Source of the DNA: Promethearchaeota archaeon | GTDB taxonomy: Archaea; Asgardarchaeota; Thorarchaeia; Thorarchaeales; Thorarchaeaceae | Assembly (NCBI GenBank): GCA_027031765.1 | Contig: JALVPN010000070.1 | Span: 1-5,611 of the forward strand | Direction of reading: 5' to 3' | DNA length: 5,611 nt | Part shown: positions 5,011-5,611 of the stretch, one piece after another | How positions within the stretch are numbered: the stretch's first letter is position 1 | Layout of the letters: every line of letters starts with the position of its first letter | Translations under genes and position numbers: made by a program | The notes under the pieces: model-generated | What the model was told of the DNA's origin: nothing | Database searches by the model: none | The model's input: the letters and a program-made list of their open reading frames with translations, nothing else

Positions 5011-5611
5011 TTACTGCAGGATTCCCTGCACGAACAGGTCATCCACACCGAGGTCGTTCTCCAAGAACGCCATCACCTCCTCGTCATTTCTCGGACGAGT
5101 GACCTGCGAGTATCCCTCCTCATCCCTTGTCACAAGGAGAAGGCTGTCAATGCCGGCGTGCTTGACCACTTCGGGGTTGTGCGTTGTGATTATGACCTGT
5201 TTGCCCATCCGACTCGAGACCTCTTTCATCATGTCGACAATCTTCGAGATTAGAAGAGGGTGGATGTTTCGCTCGGGCTCCTCTATGATGACGAGAGGGT
5301 TCCTCTCGAAATACAATGCAATAACCAGTGTTGTGACGTTCACCGTACCATCCGAGATCAAGAAGGCTGGTAGGAACCGTTTCTGCGAGTAGGTCTCCCT
5401 GATGCTAGCGAGAAGCGACTTGTCTGGAAGTCTTTCTACTGTGAACTCCTCCACGAATGGCAGGACATCCTTCACCAATGACGAAATCAGTTTTCTGTCT
5501 CTCTTGTTGTCTAGGATACGCTTCAGGATTAGGGGCAGATTACTACCGTCTGGCTCAAGCTCTGTCTTGCCGGTGGCTGGAGTTGCACGTTTCATAAGGT
5601 GCGAGTCGAAG
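5011..5611 (-). CDS. AAA_21/AAA_15-family ABC-type ATPase, copy 2 (C-terminal 200 aa; N-terminus off the right edge)
   Basis: The frame is open to the edge (FDSHLMKRATP...), so the track's Met at 5595 is internal. Motifs: signature variant LISDGT, Walker B/D-loop LVIIEEPERNIHP and H-loop IITTHNP. Stop TAA at 5011-5013. Confidence 0.93.
   Translation of the reverse strand, partial: FDSHLMKRATPATGKTELEPDGSNLPLILKRILDNKRDRKLISSLVKDVLPFVEEFTVERLPDKSLLASIRETYSQKRFLPAFLISDGTVNVTTLVIALYFERNPLVIIEEPERNIHPLLISKIVDMMKEVSSRMGKQVIITTHNPEVVKHAGIDSLLLVTRDEEGYSQVTRPRNDEEVMAFLENDLGVDDLFVQGILQ

Noticed and set aside
4494-5392. Plus-strand ORFs 4494..4796 and 4847..5392
   Set aside because: They are antisense shadows of the TOPRIM and ATPase copy 2 genes.

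Overview
Probably archaeal DNA (inferred from BRE/TATA-like promoters and the gene families; Asgard/Thorarchaeota- or Bathyarchaeia-like, not provable from sequence alone). Both ends of the window carry a minus-strand AAA_21/AAA_15-type ABC-fold ATPase. The left copy (1..1035) is missing from the ORF track because its frame leaves the window without a stop. The right copy (5011..5611) is followed after 14 bp by a stand-alone TOPRIM-like putative nuclease, giving a PARIS/AbiL/OLD-like two-gene module. The two ATPases overlap in a 110-codon region that aligns without gaps (71/110 identical aa, offset exactly 5280 bp). Between them lie a divergently transcribed 284-aa protein (PH-like domain, PCI/DDRGK-like winged helix, C4 zinc ribbon), a 5'-truncated PfkB sugar-kinase remnant and an intact VOC/glyoxalase gene on a lower-GC segment, and three gene-poor spacers. 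No tRNA, rRNA, CRISPR array or recognisable transposase was found. All alignments and counts were done by hand, and no database search was run.
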